Shown in pieces: positions 11,949 through 26,082 of a stretch of DNA of 64,000 bases. Below the pieces are notes generated by a model. The model ran no database searches and was not told where the DNA came from. It saw only the letters and a program-made list of their open reading frames with translations. Each line of letters starts with the position of its first letter. Position 1 is the first letter of the stretch. Made by a program: the position numbers and the translations under genes. Origin of the DNA: Octopus bimaculoides (taxonomy: Eukaryota); the NCBI RefSeq assembly GCF_001194135.2, contig NC_068990.1:81670233-81734232 (forward strand), written 5' to 3'.

Positions 11949-12157
11949 CCCTTTTGTTATTGTTTTATTTTGAGATGCTCTGTGTTTCTTTCAATTATTT
12001 TAAATATAACAAAGAATTTAGTAAAATAACTTAGTTATCATTCATCTAGTGTTAAGAACATAAACTGTGACTAAGGTTTGGTGGAAGATTTTAATTCAAA
12101 ACTTATGAAAACAAGACATTTGTACTCAGAGTTTCAGCTGGGTTGGCAATGAAAGGG
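11949..12157. mobile_element. TTAA-flanked MITE (piggyBac-like termini)
   Basis: TTAA|CCCTTT...AAAGGG|TTAA. Similar throughout to 21872-22091. Confidence 0.85.
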
Positions 12158-13913
12158 TTAAACCTAGAGAGATGATTAAATTAAGAAAAAAAGTCCAGTA
12201 TTTGACTTAGGATTATGAAGAGCTAAACGCATATTTTGAGGCTTTTATTTGTTTTTCCTCGATTAACCATTTTCCTAAAGTCTGCCACCTAACTTCATCT
12301 CAATAATTCTTTTCTTTATCAAGTATCACTGGCTTGATACTTAATTCTGGATTATGCAGCATCAAATGTGGAAATAATCTCCTCTTCTTTTGCCAGATTT
12401 TCTCGAACAGATTTATTCCATTTCCATATAAACAATGTAACTAGATTGCTGGCTGATTTGCTCAGAATGCAATACAGTAATATTTTTGGATTCACTGCTT
12501 CTATAAATTCATAACCTATACAAATATCACTTGTACCTGCCAAATGTAGATGTAGCTCTCTATCCATCCCTTCAACTGTCACAGTCTGAATATTCCTCTG
12601 GGTCAAGACTGTTTTAAATGCTTATATAGCTGTGAGCTGACATAGATTCTATGTCAGTTCACAGCTATATAGTTACCTAAAATAATTCATGAAAATATGG
12701 TATATGATGTGGTATATGCTTAATTATAGCTTTAATTTTAAAGTTACTTAATTATGCAAATTCACTTTTATTGAAATAAAATAGTGGTTGCTAGTCTGCT
12801 AGTGCATATGTGTTCAAGATAATGTAACCTCAAATAGTAATAGCATAGGAGCTTGGAAAATAAAATATTATGCACAATAAATTATATTTTAATAACTATT
12901 GAGTGTAGGCTCTTCTAAATTTTATTGAATTTGAGATAAACTGTAAGATTTTATAACTTACTGTGTTAAAAAAATGTTTTGTTTGATTTTTAATGTTTAA
13001 TTCCCAGAAAGAAATTAATATGAATAATAGTTGATATATATTTGCATAAATGATCCATTTTCTCTGTGAGTTCTTTACAGGAAGCTTTATAGTATTTACA
13101 TTAAAGAAATTAAGTTGTTTAAGAATGAAAGTTATCTCTTGGCAATAATTCTCTTTATTGCCAAATTAATTTATACAGTTAAACAATAATTGTCCAAAGA
13201 TACTGTCATTGATTTAACTATTAACAAGCTTTGTATTAAACACTTCTCTGAAATTCTTAATAGTTAATATTAAAATCTCTCACCCTCTGTCTTTGTCTCT
13301 CTCTCTCTCTTATTCACTCTCTTTTTCTCTCACTCTCTAATAAGTGTGTACATGCATGCATATATATATATATGTATATGACTGATTGAATAAGCCATGA
13401 AATCTGAATCAACTTTAATGTAATTTACATAAGCATGCATATGTGCTTCTGTGTGTGCGTGTGTGTATACATATATGTGTATACATCTGTTTGTATATGC
13501 ATGTGTGTGTGTGTGTGTGTGTGTGTGTAGTTTGTAAATATTCCATATTTTCTTTGTATGCTATATCTGAAGTCCAAAATTTTTGTTTCTTCAATTCACA
13601 TGAAGCCATAGCATTGATGACTTAAGTTGTCATGAGTTTCTAATGATTAAATATCTCACTTTGATTAACTAAAATTGTATTACCTATGACGATGTGCATC
13701 TAACTACTACTACTACTACTACACACAAATACTATACACACACAAATATGTGTGTATATGTTCTTGATGGTAATATAACCAAAATTAAAGCACCCAATAT
13801 TAATTAGAGTATAAGACATAAAATTTAACTGTATGTGATACATTATCTATACATCAAAACTTGATATACAGGATGAGTAGTAAATTGTGTGTGTGGATAT
13901 ATATCTATCTATA

Positions 13914-13946
<33 letters not shown>

Positions 13947-14054
13947 GTATATATATATATCCATAGACATACACAAATACATGCATACATATATGTATAT
14001 ACATACATACTTATGCATGTATACATGTCTGCCAATGCACACACACACACACAC

Positions 14055-14153
14055 ATAGGTGCAGGCATGGCTGTGTAGTTAACAAGTTTATTTCCAACCC
14101 ATGTGGTTTTGGGTTCAGGCCCATTCTATGGCAACTTGGTGCAAGTGTCTTCT
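14055..14153 (+). mobile_element. SINE family B 5' head, diverged, next to a gap
   Basis: GGTGCAGGCATGGCTGTGTAGTT...GGGTTCAGGCCC...GCAAGTGTCTTC. Confidence 0.7.
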
Positions 14154-14364
14154 GGTTAAACTAAACTGAAAAGANNNNNNNNNNNNNNNNNNNNNNNNNN
14201 NNNNNNNNNNNNNNNNNNNNNNNNNNNNNNNNNNNNNNNNNNNNNNNNNNNNNNNNNNNNNNNNNNNNNNNNNNNNNNNNNNNNNNNNNNNNNNNNNNNN
14301 NNNNNNNNNNNNNNNNNNNNNNNNNNNNNNNNNNNNNNNNNNNNNNNNNNNNNNNNNNNNNNNN

Positions 14365-14414
<50 letters not shown>

Positions 14415-14918
14415 AAGAGAGAGAGAGAGATCATGTGTGTGTGTATTTGCATCTCCTTGTCAAGGCATTGCTTAGCAGTTGTAAATAAATTTCTTCATTT
14501 TACACAATGTGTAGTTCATTTCGAATCTTCCAATAATGAAGAAATATGACCTTGGTTGGTGAGGGTTGTCGACAGGTAGAGTATCAAGCCATAGAAAATC
14601 TGCTTCAATGAATTCCATATGGCCCTTGCTAGAATGGAAAAGGTGATGTTAAAACAGTGATGATGATGTTGATGATGATGAAAGATATACGCTTATGCAT
14701 TGTACAGAATTTTACAAATGCGTTTCTATATCATTGTGTGTTTGATAGGGTTTTTTTTTCAAGGTAGTATCTTAGTTGCCCTACTTATTGCTAACTATTG
14801 CAGTTATCTTGTATGACAAATAGAGACACAATGTATCTATTCTAGGACCAAAATAACACTTGCTGAATATGTTCATATATGAATATGTATGTATGCCTGT
14901 ATGTATTGAGTGTATGTT

Positions 14919-14954
<36 letters not shown>

Positions 14955-15004
14955 AACATACTCACCTGGCACAAAACTACTTCTCAGCTGAGAGGTCTTT
15001 GTCT

Positions 15005-15225
15005 TACTTGGCCACCCCACTGGTGTTGGTGCCATATAAAAAGCACCCGTGTTGGTGCTACATAAATATCACTCAGTGCACTCTGTAAAGTGGTTTGTGT
15101 TATGAAGGGCATCTAGCTGTAGAAACCATGCCAAAACAGACAGTGGAGACTGGTGCAGCTCTCCAGCCTGCCAACTCCTGTCAAACTAGTCAACCTATGC
15201 CATCATGGAAGACAATGATGATGAA
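15005..15225 (+). mobile_element. Family A retroposon, diverged
   Basis: GGTGCCATATAAAAAGCACC, GAAGGGCATCTAGCTGTAGAAAC, (GAT)n tail. Confidence 0.7.
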
Positions 15226-16471
15226 GAGAGTGTGTTTGTGTGTGTGTGTGTGAGAGAGAGAGAGAATGAAATAGATAGACAGGTAGTTTGGCTGATAGAT
15301 AGCCAGATAAATAAACTGAAAGAAATGGTTCACTGTCTGTTTTCACTGTAAGTATTCAGTTGTCTGATCAACTGAACTAGCTGCTCATTGTTGTGTGAGT
15401 GGCTGAGTATTCTACTGTCACATATTCTTAATGTAATTTACCGATAGATTCAGTATATCATGTGAGAAGATTGAACTTTTGAATTGCAGTTCTAATCCAT
15501 CTGGTGAGCTTTTAAACAATATGTCTCACCGTGTTTCACTCACTCACAAGGCTTGGAATCAACTTGAAGGTGTTGTAAATTACACGTGCCCAAGATGTCA
15601 AGTAGTTTAATTAAACACAGGATCTTGTAATTACAAGTAAACTTCCTAACCAATTGGCCATGCTACTTTTACAATTTTTAGCAATTTATTCATAGAATAA
15701 TAATAGCTAAATGTATAAACTAAAGGATTATGAGGTTACAGATTTGTCTAGATCATGTGCTAGTAAATTTACCTGTACAGATTTTCATATCTCATTAGCA
15801 AATAATTTCTATACTATGGTGGTAATAAAAAAAAAAAAATAATAATAATAAAAAAAAATAATAAACAATAACAAAAAATTTAATAATAGATACTTTTATA
15901 TATAAGCTATGTTCATTAATTGTAAAACAAAATTATAACAATCTAACAAATTAGTTATAAATTTTACCAATCAACACATTAGGAATACCTTTACACAATG
16001 GCCTGCAAGCAATTAATATATGTAATTTTTAATAAAACATTCAATGGTATCATTNNNNNNNNNNNNNNNNNNNNNNNNNNNNNNNNNNNNNNNNNNNNNN
16101 NNNNNNNNNNNNNNNNNNNNNNNNNNNNNNNNNNNNNNNNNNNNNNNNNNNNNNNNNNNNNNNNNNNNNNNNNNNNNNNNNNNNNNNNNNNNNNNNNNNN
16201 NNNNNNNNNNNNNNNNNNNNNNNNNNNNNNNNNNNNNNNNNNNNNNNNNNNNNNNNNNNNNNNNNNNNNNNNNNNNNNNNNNNNNNNNNNNNNNNNNNNN
16301 NNNNNNNNNNNNNNNNNNNNNNNNNNNNNNNNNNNNNNNNNNNNNNNNNNNNNNNNNNNNNNNNNNNNNNNNNNNNNNNNNNNNNNNNNNNNNNNNNNNN
16401 NNNNNNNNNNNNNNNNNNNNNNNNNNNNNNNNNNNNNNNNNNNNNGTGGCTAATAAAGAAACCTATCTATA

Positions 16472-16504
<33 letters not shown>

Positions 16505-16809
16505 CACTCTCTATATCTCCCCCCTCCCCTTCCAGAAGCTCTATAATACATGCATTGTACTATTGCCACTCAGTGTCCCCTTCGTTCTAATGGATTGAAC
16601 TAATGCTTCCAGTGCCTCTACTTTTACTGTACATCATTGATGCATACTGACAGAGAAGCACTGCTGCATAAAATTCCTTTGAACACAACAAGGCTATCAA
16701 CATATGTAACTGAATATATCTATTATTATTATAAGACTTTTATTTATTTATGTAGGATGAAAAGTTACAATGTAAAAATGGGGAATTACATGCATACATA
16801 TCCTTCCAC

Positions 16810-16856
<47 letters not shown>

Positions 16857-16921
16857 ATATATTTATGTATGTATGTATATATATATATATATATTTATGT
16901 ATGTATGTACATATATGTTTA

Positions 16922-16960
<39 letters not shown>

Positions 16961-16994
16961 ATGTATATATGTAGGTGTATATGTNNNNNNNNNN

Positions 16995-17040
<46 letters not shown>

Positions 17041-17411
17041 ATATACATGTGTGTGTGTGTGTGTGTATGTATGCATGTATGTGTTTGTATTTGTATGAGT
17101 ATATATATTTCAGTATATAAACACTTCCTAGAAAACTATTTTTATTAAGATAAAAACTAGGTAATAAGCTGAATAACGAAGAAGGCACAATAAATGGAAT
17201 ATATAGATGTAAAATGGAATATTAATGACCTAATTTTTGCTAAATTATGATACAGCAATATTTTAGCTAATCTATATTCTTTTCTCTGAATGTTTCAATT
17301 CCTTCTAGTATTAACTAAAATTCTTGAAATGTAGGAAATAAGAAATGGAGAGAAATGTTATGTATATAGGAGAGTATTATCAGTGCCAGACTACCATTAT
17401 CATAGGTATAT

Positions 17412-17467
<56 letters not shown>

Positions 17468-18771
17468 TTGTGTTTATGGTGAAACTGATTTGTATGAATA
17501 TGTAATAAACAGCAAAATGTCTGTTTTCACCATGAAACAGTTCCTTTTTGTTTTTATTTATTCTCTATCAACTGATTTCTCTCTAATGCATATACTGCAT
17601 GCATATATACATACATATATACATACATATATACATTTCTCTTTCATCTCACAATAATTTTAATTTTATAAATAAGCAATTTTCCCCTTTTAATGTTTAG
17701 AGATATATTTAATTCAGAATTAAATTTATACTATTTCACCAACTCAGCAATACAAATCATTGTCAGTTAAAATTTTATTTAACAAAAATAAAAATCAATT
17801 ATCGACAACTGAAATAATTATTTTTAAATGTCACATGATTGAATAGGTCCTTAGTTTTGTTGTAAATAGTTGTAAATGGAAATATGTAAAGACAAGTTCA
17901 ATGCTGTTTGATTTACTATATGTACTTCTTGTTATAGGAGAAAACATGAGTCAAAAAGCCAACTATTCTAGATGGTTGGTGGTTGTTAGGATAGAGAGAA
18001 TGTGATAGCTTTGTGTTCAGTTACTGTCTATAATAACACAGTAAAGATGGCTTGATTTAAAGCCATTTGCATACGATGGATGGATGGATGGAAAAACAGA
18101 TGAAAGGATAGATGGCTAGATGGATGGAAACCTGTATTGGTAGTAGCATTAGAGGAAGCCTGGAGCTGAAAATGCCCAGCAATAGCATAGAAGTTGCAGT
18201 TCGCATTGGTTGCTGAGTTGGATTGTTGATGTGATGAACAATTATCTTTTCCACTGTCTACCCAGGAAAAATAAAATTGATTTAATGGATTCAGAGAAAG
18301 AAATTAACAAATCATCTTAAAGTAGGACTTGTGAGAAATACGCACAACTTGCATTTTTCATTTTTATACAGAGGTTTGCTGTTGCTATGTTCTAACTAGG
18401 GGAATTTTTATGGTAAATTAGAATCATACATAACACACACATACACATATAATTTCCAATTATATATATATAATTACTATTTTGGATTCTAACCTCCTTG
18501 TCTATACTCAAATATCTTCCTAATAGTTTCAATAGTTTCCTTTTATGACATGTAGAGTGTACCCACTGGTTTATTACTTGGAGGTCTTTCCAATATAACC
18601 CCTCATAGAAGTAATAAGCTGGGGTTTAACATTAGTGATCTTATCCTTATTATTGTTGTTAGAAGGTTGAATCTGAGGCAGTTGATAACTTTTAGGTTGT
18701 AGAAAAGCAAAATTTGTCCCTCTGAAGTTAATGGGCTTCAAATAAGGGAAAGGAATGTATAAAACATAGCT

Positions 18772-19175
18772 CTTTTACTCTTTTACTCTTTTACTTGTTT
18801 CAGTCATTTGACTGCGGCCATGCTGGAGCACCGCCATTAGTCGAGCAAATCGATCCCAGGACTTATTCTTTGTAAGCCTAGTACTTATTCTATCGGGCTC
18901 TTTTGCCGAACTGCTAAGTTACGGGGACGTAAACTCACCAGCATTGGTTGTCAAGCGATGTTGGGGGGGACAAACACAGACACACAAACACACACATACA
19001 TATACATATATACGACGGGCTTCTTTCAGTTTCCGTCTACCAAATCCACTCACAAGGCTTTGGTCGGCCCGAGGCTATAGTAGAAGACACTTGCCCAAGG
19101 TGCCACGCAGTGGGACTGAACCCGGACCCATGTGGTTGGTAAGCAACTTACTTACCACACAGCCACTCCTGCACT
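18772..19175 (-). mobile_element. tRNA-derived SINE family B, full length, low divergence
   Basis: Complete head-to-tail match. A box TGGCTGTGTGG and B box GGTTCAGTCCC on the minus strand, with a (TAAAAGAG)n-type tail. Confidence 0.92.
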
Positions 19176-20361
19176 TTAATACAATGTCTAGCCAACAAGA
19201 GGCTTTTTTTCCAAAGGATATTATGATCTTCAAGAATTTTTTTACTTCTTATACACACTGATCCTGTCTAAACAACTATGTAAAAGTAACAATCTGCATC
19301 TGCTGGTCAGGCAATATCAGAAATACAGGTTTCTCTGGCTAAGGGTCTGTCAACTATTTGCTGCACAAAAGATAATGGTGGGATAAGGATGGATTGAGTA
19401 CACATAGAAACCAGTAATTGAGTATGACCAGAGAGAACCTTACATAGAACCCTTTAGGAAAGCGGTTACATCAAATTTGAGATATAAATGTAAATTGTAA
19501 AAACAAACAAAATGAACATTAGAAACAAATTGTCTTCTTCTTTTAATGATTTAACTCGTTGAACTGTTTGGCAATGGGTTCATGAGTTTATTTGAATAAC
19601 ATGGTATTTACATAATTAATTGATCACTTGATAAGAAATCTTCAGATATAAATGTCATCTAGTAGTTAAAAACTTTATTTCGTTAATATAAAAATTTCCT
19701 CAACGTTCATCTCATTCACCTTCACCTTCAGTCATTTTAATGATAATCAACAATTTTGCTTTCTTCTAATGATCTTATCCATAATATTTCCCAACACCAT
19801 CTTACTCATGCACACTTTGTAACCTTTGCAACCAAATGCTCATCAGATGTCAGCATCTTGCCTTAATTGGGAACAGTGGTAGACATTTAGTGAGTCATAA
19901 CATCTTAGCATTGATGATAAAAATCATAAGAAATTTGGATGAATTCTTTAGATTCAATTTTCAAATAGATTGTCTGTAAAACACAGTAGTTTTCAATGCA
20001 ATAACAACAGATAACACAAGCAAAATGGTGATATTTCAAAAATGTAAATGTCGATGGATATTTTGTATAAAAACAAACACATATAATGCATACCTATCTA
20101 TTTGCCTATCTATCTATACCTATCAATCTGTCTGTGTGTCTAGAGAAAAAGGAAGAGTTAATGAAAGAAGAAGTGGGGAAAGAAGTCTCATTCATTGGAC
20201 TACAAGCATGCCATATACTATCTTTAGTTGATTATATAAACTTCAATACTTATTTTAGTGAATTATATCTATTGAACAGCTAAATTACATTTTATTTACA
20301 CAAAATGTAAATATAAGCTCATAGAAAAATCTGGACACAATGCACACCCACACACCATATA

Positions 20362-20399
<38 letters not shown>

Positions 20400-21871
20400 T
20401 ATANNNNNNNNNNNNNNNNNNNNNNNNNNNNNNNNNNNNNNNNNNNNNNNNNNNNNNNNNNNNNNNNNNNNNNNNNATATATATATATATATATATACAC
20501 ATGTATGTGTGAGAGAGAGAGATGGGCTTCCACATAAATTCTGTCTACTAAGTCCACTCAGGATGTATTAGTCAACACAAGGCTACAGTTAGACATGTGT
20601 CCAAGATGCCAGACAGTGGAATATTCCACTATTTTACTTTTGTAACAAATTTATTTCAGTAAAAATCTTTACACTTTAGGATTTGATATCTCCATGTAGT
20701 CACTCACCCTGTTGCAAATAGTAGCTAAATATCCCTCTTAAGCATGCTCTATTAACTTAAAATTAAAACAGTTTAATGCCAGATATCCAGAATTACTGGA
20801 TGGTCACAGCCAGAATCTCTTTGATCATAAGCCCTCTAAGTCAGGAATCATTTGGGGCTTAAAACAACAATAATAACAATATCGAATCACAGGTAAAGCT
20901 ACTCTTTTTTGCCGATGAATCATTATTATTATTAAGTAATGAGTAAATTAACTATTCATCTAGCTTTTCACTTCATATTTAATTTATAAATGAAACAAAG
21001 GATAACTCTCGTGCTTGAGTAGACATCATGTGGGTGGGCAGTGATAGGGTGGACTAGTGGTGGTGATGGGCTGAAGGCTTGTTATGGGGATTAATCATGG
21101 GTTGGTGAACAAAGTTAGGAATGAGGCTGCAGGAACTTCAGAGACAAGTACTGCTATGATATAAAACTAGTTAGATAAAATGATAGTGGTGCTGGAAAAC
21201 AGAAACACTAGTTAGTTACTTGGTTAATCAGCTTATTTTCATTTTACTGGTTTTGCTCATTGAACTATGGTGATGCTGGGACATCACCTTCAAGGATATA
21301 GTTCTTTAAACCACTTCCCCCACTTCTCCATATCCCTGATCCAGCTGACTTATGATCCGAAACATTCCAATCATGAACCTCATGCTATTTATTAAGATAC
21401 AGTGAACTTTGCGCAACGTTATCTAATTTGTCTTCCAGTTTCTTTTAAAGATAGCTGGGTGTAATTTGAGGGAGATTTAGATGTTATTTAGTTTAGCCCA
21501 AAGTTAACCCTTATTGAACAAATTTACTGCCAGTGGTGTTCCACTCATGACCATCATGTGTTTTTATACATTTGCGACTGCACTGTCTCAATGTATCTTT
21601 CTTGGAAGGTATTGATTAGGAATCAATTTTAGATGCTAATTTTAGAAGTTGATGGATTGCTTAGTGGTAGTCATGTAGGAGATTTTGTTGTAACCAAGTA
21701 GAAAGAACTTCAACAGGATATGATAAATAGATGAAGTGATGGTTTCCTTATGTTCTGAAAAGTAAGACCAATGTGTGTTGTATCTGAGGTAACCAATATA
21801 ATGTGAACTGGTATGCGATGATTCACTGAATGCTCTTATTGAGCAGATCTCTGATCATTAAATGCATTTAA

Positions 21872-22091
21872 CCCTTTCGTTACTGTATTTATTTTGAGAT
21901 GCTCTGTGTTTCTTTCAATTACTTTAAATGTAACAAAGAATTTAGTAATATAATTTGGTTATTACTCAGCTAGTGTTAAGAACATAAATTGTGACTAAGG
22001 TTTGGTAGAAGATTTTAATTCAAAGTTTATGAAAACAAGACATTTATACTCAGAGGCAGAGCCGGTTTCAGCCAGATTGGTAATGAAAGGG
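21872..22091. mobile_element. TTAA-flanked MITE (piggyBac-like termini)
   Basis: TTAA|CCCTTTC...GAAAGGG|TTAA. Second copy of 11949-12157. Confidence 0.85.
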
Positions 22092-22461
22092 TTAACCACT
22101 CACCATCTTGTCTTCTCTTTCAGGCAGAATGACCCAATGTGCCCTTTTCTTTTTTAAGGCAGAAGGTTGCAATTTAAGAGAAATTTCATTGCTATTTCTT
22201 TGAGATTCAGCAACAATGCTGAAACGTTGGCTTGAATAGTAGTTGGTTGTGATGTTCTGTCTTTAAGTTATTTAATTAGGTTTGATTATCAAACTTTTGA
22301 TAGGTTAAAAACTCCTTGGATGAAAAATGGCCGAATACTACCTGCTGGACTCAAACCACGGTTCTTCTGTAACACATACAGATATGCTACCAATTACATT
22401 AAAACAGCCTACCTTTTTGTTTCTATTGAATTAAATAATTTAATCTTACCAGTGAAAATGT

Positions 22462-22880
22462 TTTACTCTTTTACTTGTTTCAGTCATTTGACTGCAACCA
22501 TGCTGGAGCACCACTCTTAGTTGAACAAATCGACCCCCAGGGCTTATTCTTTGTAAGCCTAGTACTTATTCTATCGGTCTCTTTTGCTGAACCGCTAAGT
22601 TACGAGGACGTAAACAGACTAGCATTGGTTGTCAAGCGATGGTGGGGGACAAACACAGACACACAAGCATATGTGCGCGCACACACGCACACATACGACG
22701 GGCTTCTTTCAGTTTCTGTCTACCAAATCCACTCACTAGGCTTCGGTAGGCCTGAAGCTATAGTAGAAGACACTTGCCCAAGGTGCCTCACAGTGAGACT
22801 GAACCCGGAACCATGTGGTTGGTAAACAAGCTACTTACCCACACAGCCATTCCTGCGCCTATAGCCGCTCCTGTGCCTAT
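22462..22880 (-). mobile_element. tRNA-derived SINE family B, full length
   Basis: Full match. The head carries a short tandem duplication (GCCA/GCTCCTGYGCCTAT twice). Confidence 0.9.
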
Positions 22881-22894
22881 GCGCAAAGTATCAA

Positions 22895-23298
22895 AAGATG
22901 TGTACAGTTTGTAACTTCCCAACCATATGGTTTCTGGTTCAGTCTCATTGTGCAGCACCTTGGGCAATTAAGTCTTCTACTACAACATGGAGCCAAGCAA
23001 TGCCTTGTGAGTGAATTTGGTAGACAGAAACTGTGGAAGCCTGTTGTATGTATACATGTGTGTGTGTGTGTGTTTGTCTGTGTGTGTTATAAATGTCTGT
23101 GTCCTGGTGTTTGTCTCCCTCCCAATTGATGTTCACTTATCTATGTTCCTGTAACTTAATGATTTGGCAAGAGAGACCAATAGGATAAGTATCAGACTTT
23201 AAAGATAACTGCTGCAATTAATTTGTTCAACTAAACTCTTCAAGGCAGAGCCCCAGCATAACTGTAATCCAGTGACTGAAATAAGTAAAAGGTAAAGG
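22895..23298 (+). mobile_element. SINE family B, older diverged copy, head-to-head with the previous copy
   Basis: GGTTCAGTCTC, CACCTTGGGCAA, GCCTTGTGAGTGAATTTGGTAGACAGAAACT, and a tail TGACTGAAATAAGTAAAAGGTAAAGG. Confidence 0.75.
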
Positions 23299-26037
23299 GT
23301 TTTTTGAAACAGAACAGATCACCTCTTGTAACAACATACAAACCTATCTTATTTTGGGAATTGAACTGGCTAGCTAGGAAAATACTATTTTCAATTTTTT
23401 TTAAATAATCACAAAATCATTTTTGTCTTCTGATTCTAGTGATATTGTTAAAAAAAACAAAAAAACAATTGTATTTGTTAAGACATTTAATTGAGATTTT
23501 TTATGCATGATGGATAAGGTATCATGAGAGGCCAATAGACAGTGTTCAGTGAAAGATCCAGGGACTGATGGTTGGGTCGACCAAATAGTATAAAGCTAAG
23601 CATCACAGATATCACATAGTCAAGTGGCAGATTAATACATTCACATTGTTGTAAAGGACAAACTAGTAGTGATGGATGAGGAATGTATCACATCTGAATC
23701 AATGTTACCATTTAATGGTCTCTGTCAAGATTTTTGACATAGACACAAGACCACATACATTTTTTTTTTTTTGTGGTTGGCTGGATGGGAGAAGTATAAT
23801 TGATTATGTCATCCCAGTACATATGGTTAGTACTTTATTTNNNNNNNNNNNNNNNNNNNNNNNNNNNNNNNNNNNNNNNNNNNNNNNTGCCTGTGGAATT
23901 TGAACTTAGACCATAAAGTACTGCAGTTGGCTTAATTGACCATAGTTTTTACATCCAAATATGTGATGTTATTGCCTATGTATTAAAAAAAAAAAAAATT
24001 ATTACTTCAGTAAATAATGAAAGAACAGTTTAATGCACAGATACTAATTTACAAGTCAAGCTTTGGATCAATTACCAAATACATCGTTAAATTTACTAAT
24101 GAAGCATCTATGAGTTTCAAGTAGCTATGAAGTTAGATTGTCAAATTATTGTAGTCAATATATCACAGAATTATAACTGTCAATTTATTTGGATAAAAAT
24201 ATTAAAACATATTTTAATATAAATTAATTTTTTGCCCAATTATGTTTATTATTTCAATTATATAAAGGAATTTTTATAAATAATAACTAAAAATTAAAAT
24301 AAAAACAGTCATTCATATTGCTTTGTTGTTATATGCTAGACAGACCCCACAAAGTATAAGTTGTAGATTCAATATCACTTTATGGCAAAAATAGCTTGTA
24401 AATTTTTTAGTTGAAACATTCAGATTTGATATACTAAGTCTAAACATGTAACTAAGTTTAATAATAATTTACAACTAAATTAGAAGGAAATCGTCATTGT
24501 TATGTATTTTTTACTGTGAAGTAACTTATTTAAGAAAGTAAAGAAGAAACTAAACATTGTAATATATTTCTGAAATCTTATTGCCTTTATTTTCATCCCA
24601 TCTGTTTAGTTGAGAGAGCTATGATAATAAATATATAACTGTAAATCTATTGGTAGTATTTGAGAAAAGAAATCACTCAGAGATGTTTTCCACCTGAAAA
24701 TCAATGGTTTAGTTAGTGTAAATATAATTAGTGTGTCCACATTTAACCATGGTTAATGTACACTAACTTAAATATATTAACCACATATGTAGACTAAAGT
24801 AACCATTGTTTTTCATGGCATCCCTAAGTTACTTATCCTTTAAACAATTCTATTTTTCTATGTGAACCAATCTTGTAGACTTAATGATTCTCCTATGACT
24901 ACTTCAGCAAATTGGTTAAGTCTGTACTTCACTGATGAGTTTATAATATTCAAACATGCTTTTAGTTATTTCCCTTACTTGATACACTATTTAAAATATT
25001 ATTAGTTATTAAATAAAATTATTTTTTCCTCGTTGCATAATTATTTCTCGCTTGAATCAAAATTGTTCTGTCCAAAAATTATTCCAAAGTAGATTAGATC
25101 TAAGCCACATTGACGCCATTTATTATTCAGAGACGGATGCCAAGTTATAATTTTCAGAGTTTTGTTAACTAAGTTGTTATCAACCAAATATTATATCCAT
25201 TGTTAGTTTTATTCTTTTAGGTTGTCAATACTTAATGGTTATTTTTATAACAAATGTATTGATTAGAATTATAAAATATTTAACTCACTTTTCTAATTAA
25301 AAAATGTAATGAACCAATTTTTCATATGAATATTTCATAAAGACTTAAAAACCTTTTATATGTTTGGCCAAACAAGCTTTACAGATTTTAAATCTGTATT
25401 AGAGACATGATCAACAATTAAAAAACAGAAAATCCTTTTAAAAATTCTGCAATCTATTTTTGTTACAAATGGATCTTTCCATTTTTATAAACATCAAGTA
25501 TAATTTGAGAGAAATGTTGCTGCTACTTTTTAGTAGATGGAGTAACATGGGAAAAGTTTAGTGACTGGTTAGTTGAGTCAGTTTAAGGACTGGAAATCTA
25601 AAATATAATCAGATACTCTCTGATGTTTTTTTTACAATGTAGCGCCATTCAAGAAATAGCAGCCAAATCTCTTTCAAATCACATCTACCATTTAAAAAAA
25701 TGAAGGAAGGAAACATTGGATATTTGTTCTACATGCATTTGTGTTCAACAAAAATATTAGCAGCTAATCACAGTTGGAATGTGTTTTGTCATAAGTTTAC
25801 CCTATCAGGGTTTTACAGCTGAAACTGAATTGTGTCATAGCTCTGTTTTATGTAATAACTAACTGCGAAATGGATTCTCATGAGAGAAAATCAAGCAATG
25901 AACATAAGTAATGGACTACCTTTTTCTTATTATCTTGTAGACCTGTGTTTTTACGACAGCTTCATGAATGTGTTGCCTTAGGCTAAATACATACCATGAG
26001 ATTAGATACCATATCATCTTTTCCAAATCAATATTTA

Positions 26038-26082
<45 letters not shown>

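Noticed and set aside
24728-24766. Imperfect palindrome centred on TTAACCATGGTTAA
   Set aside because: Short, bulged and AT-rich, so plausibly chance in 64 kb.
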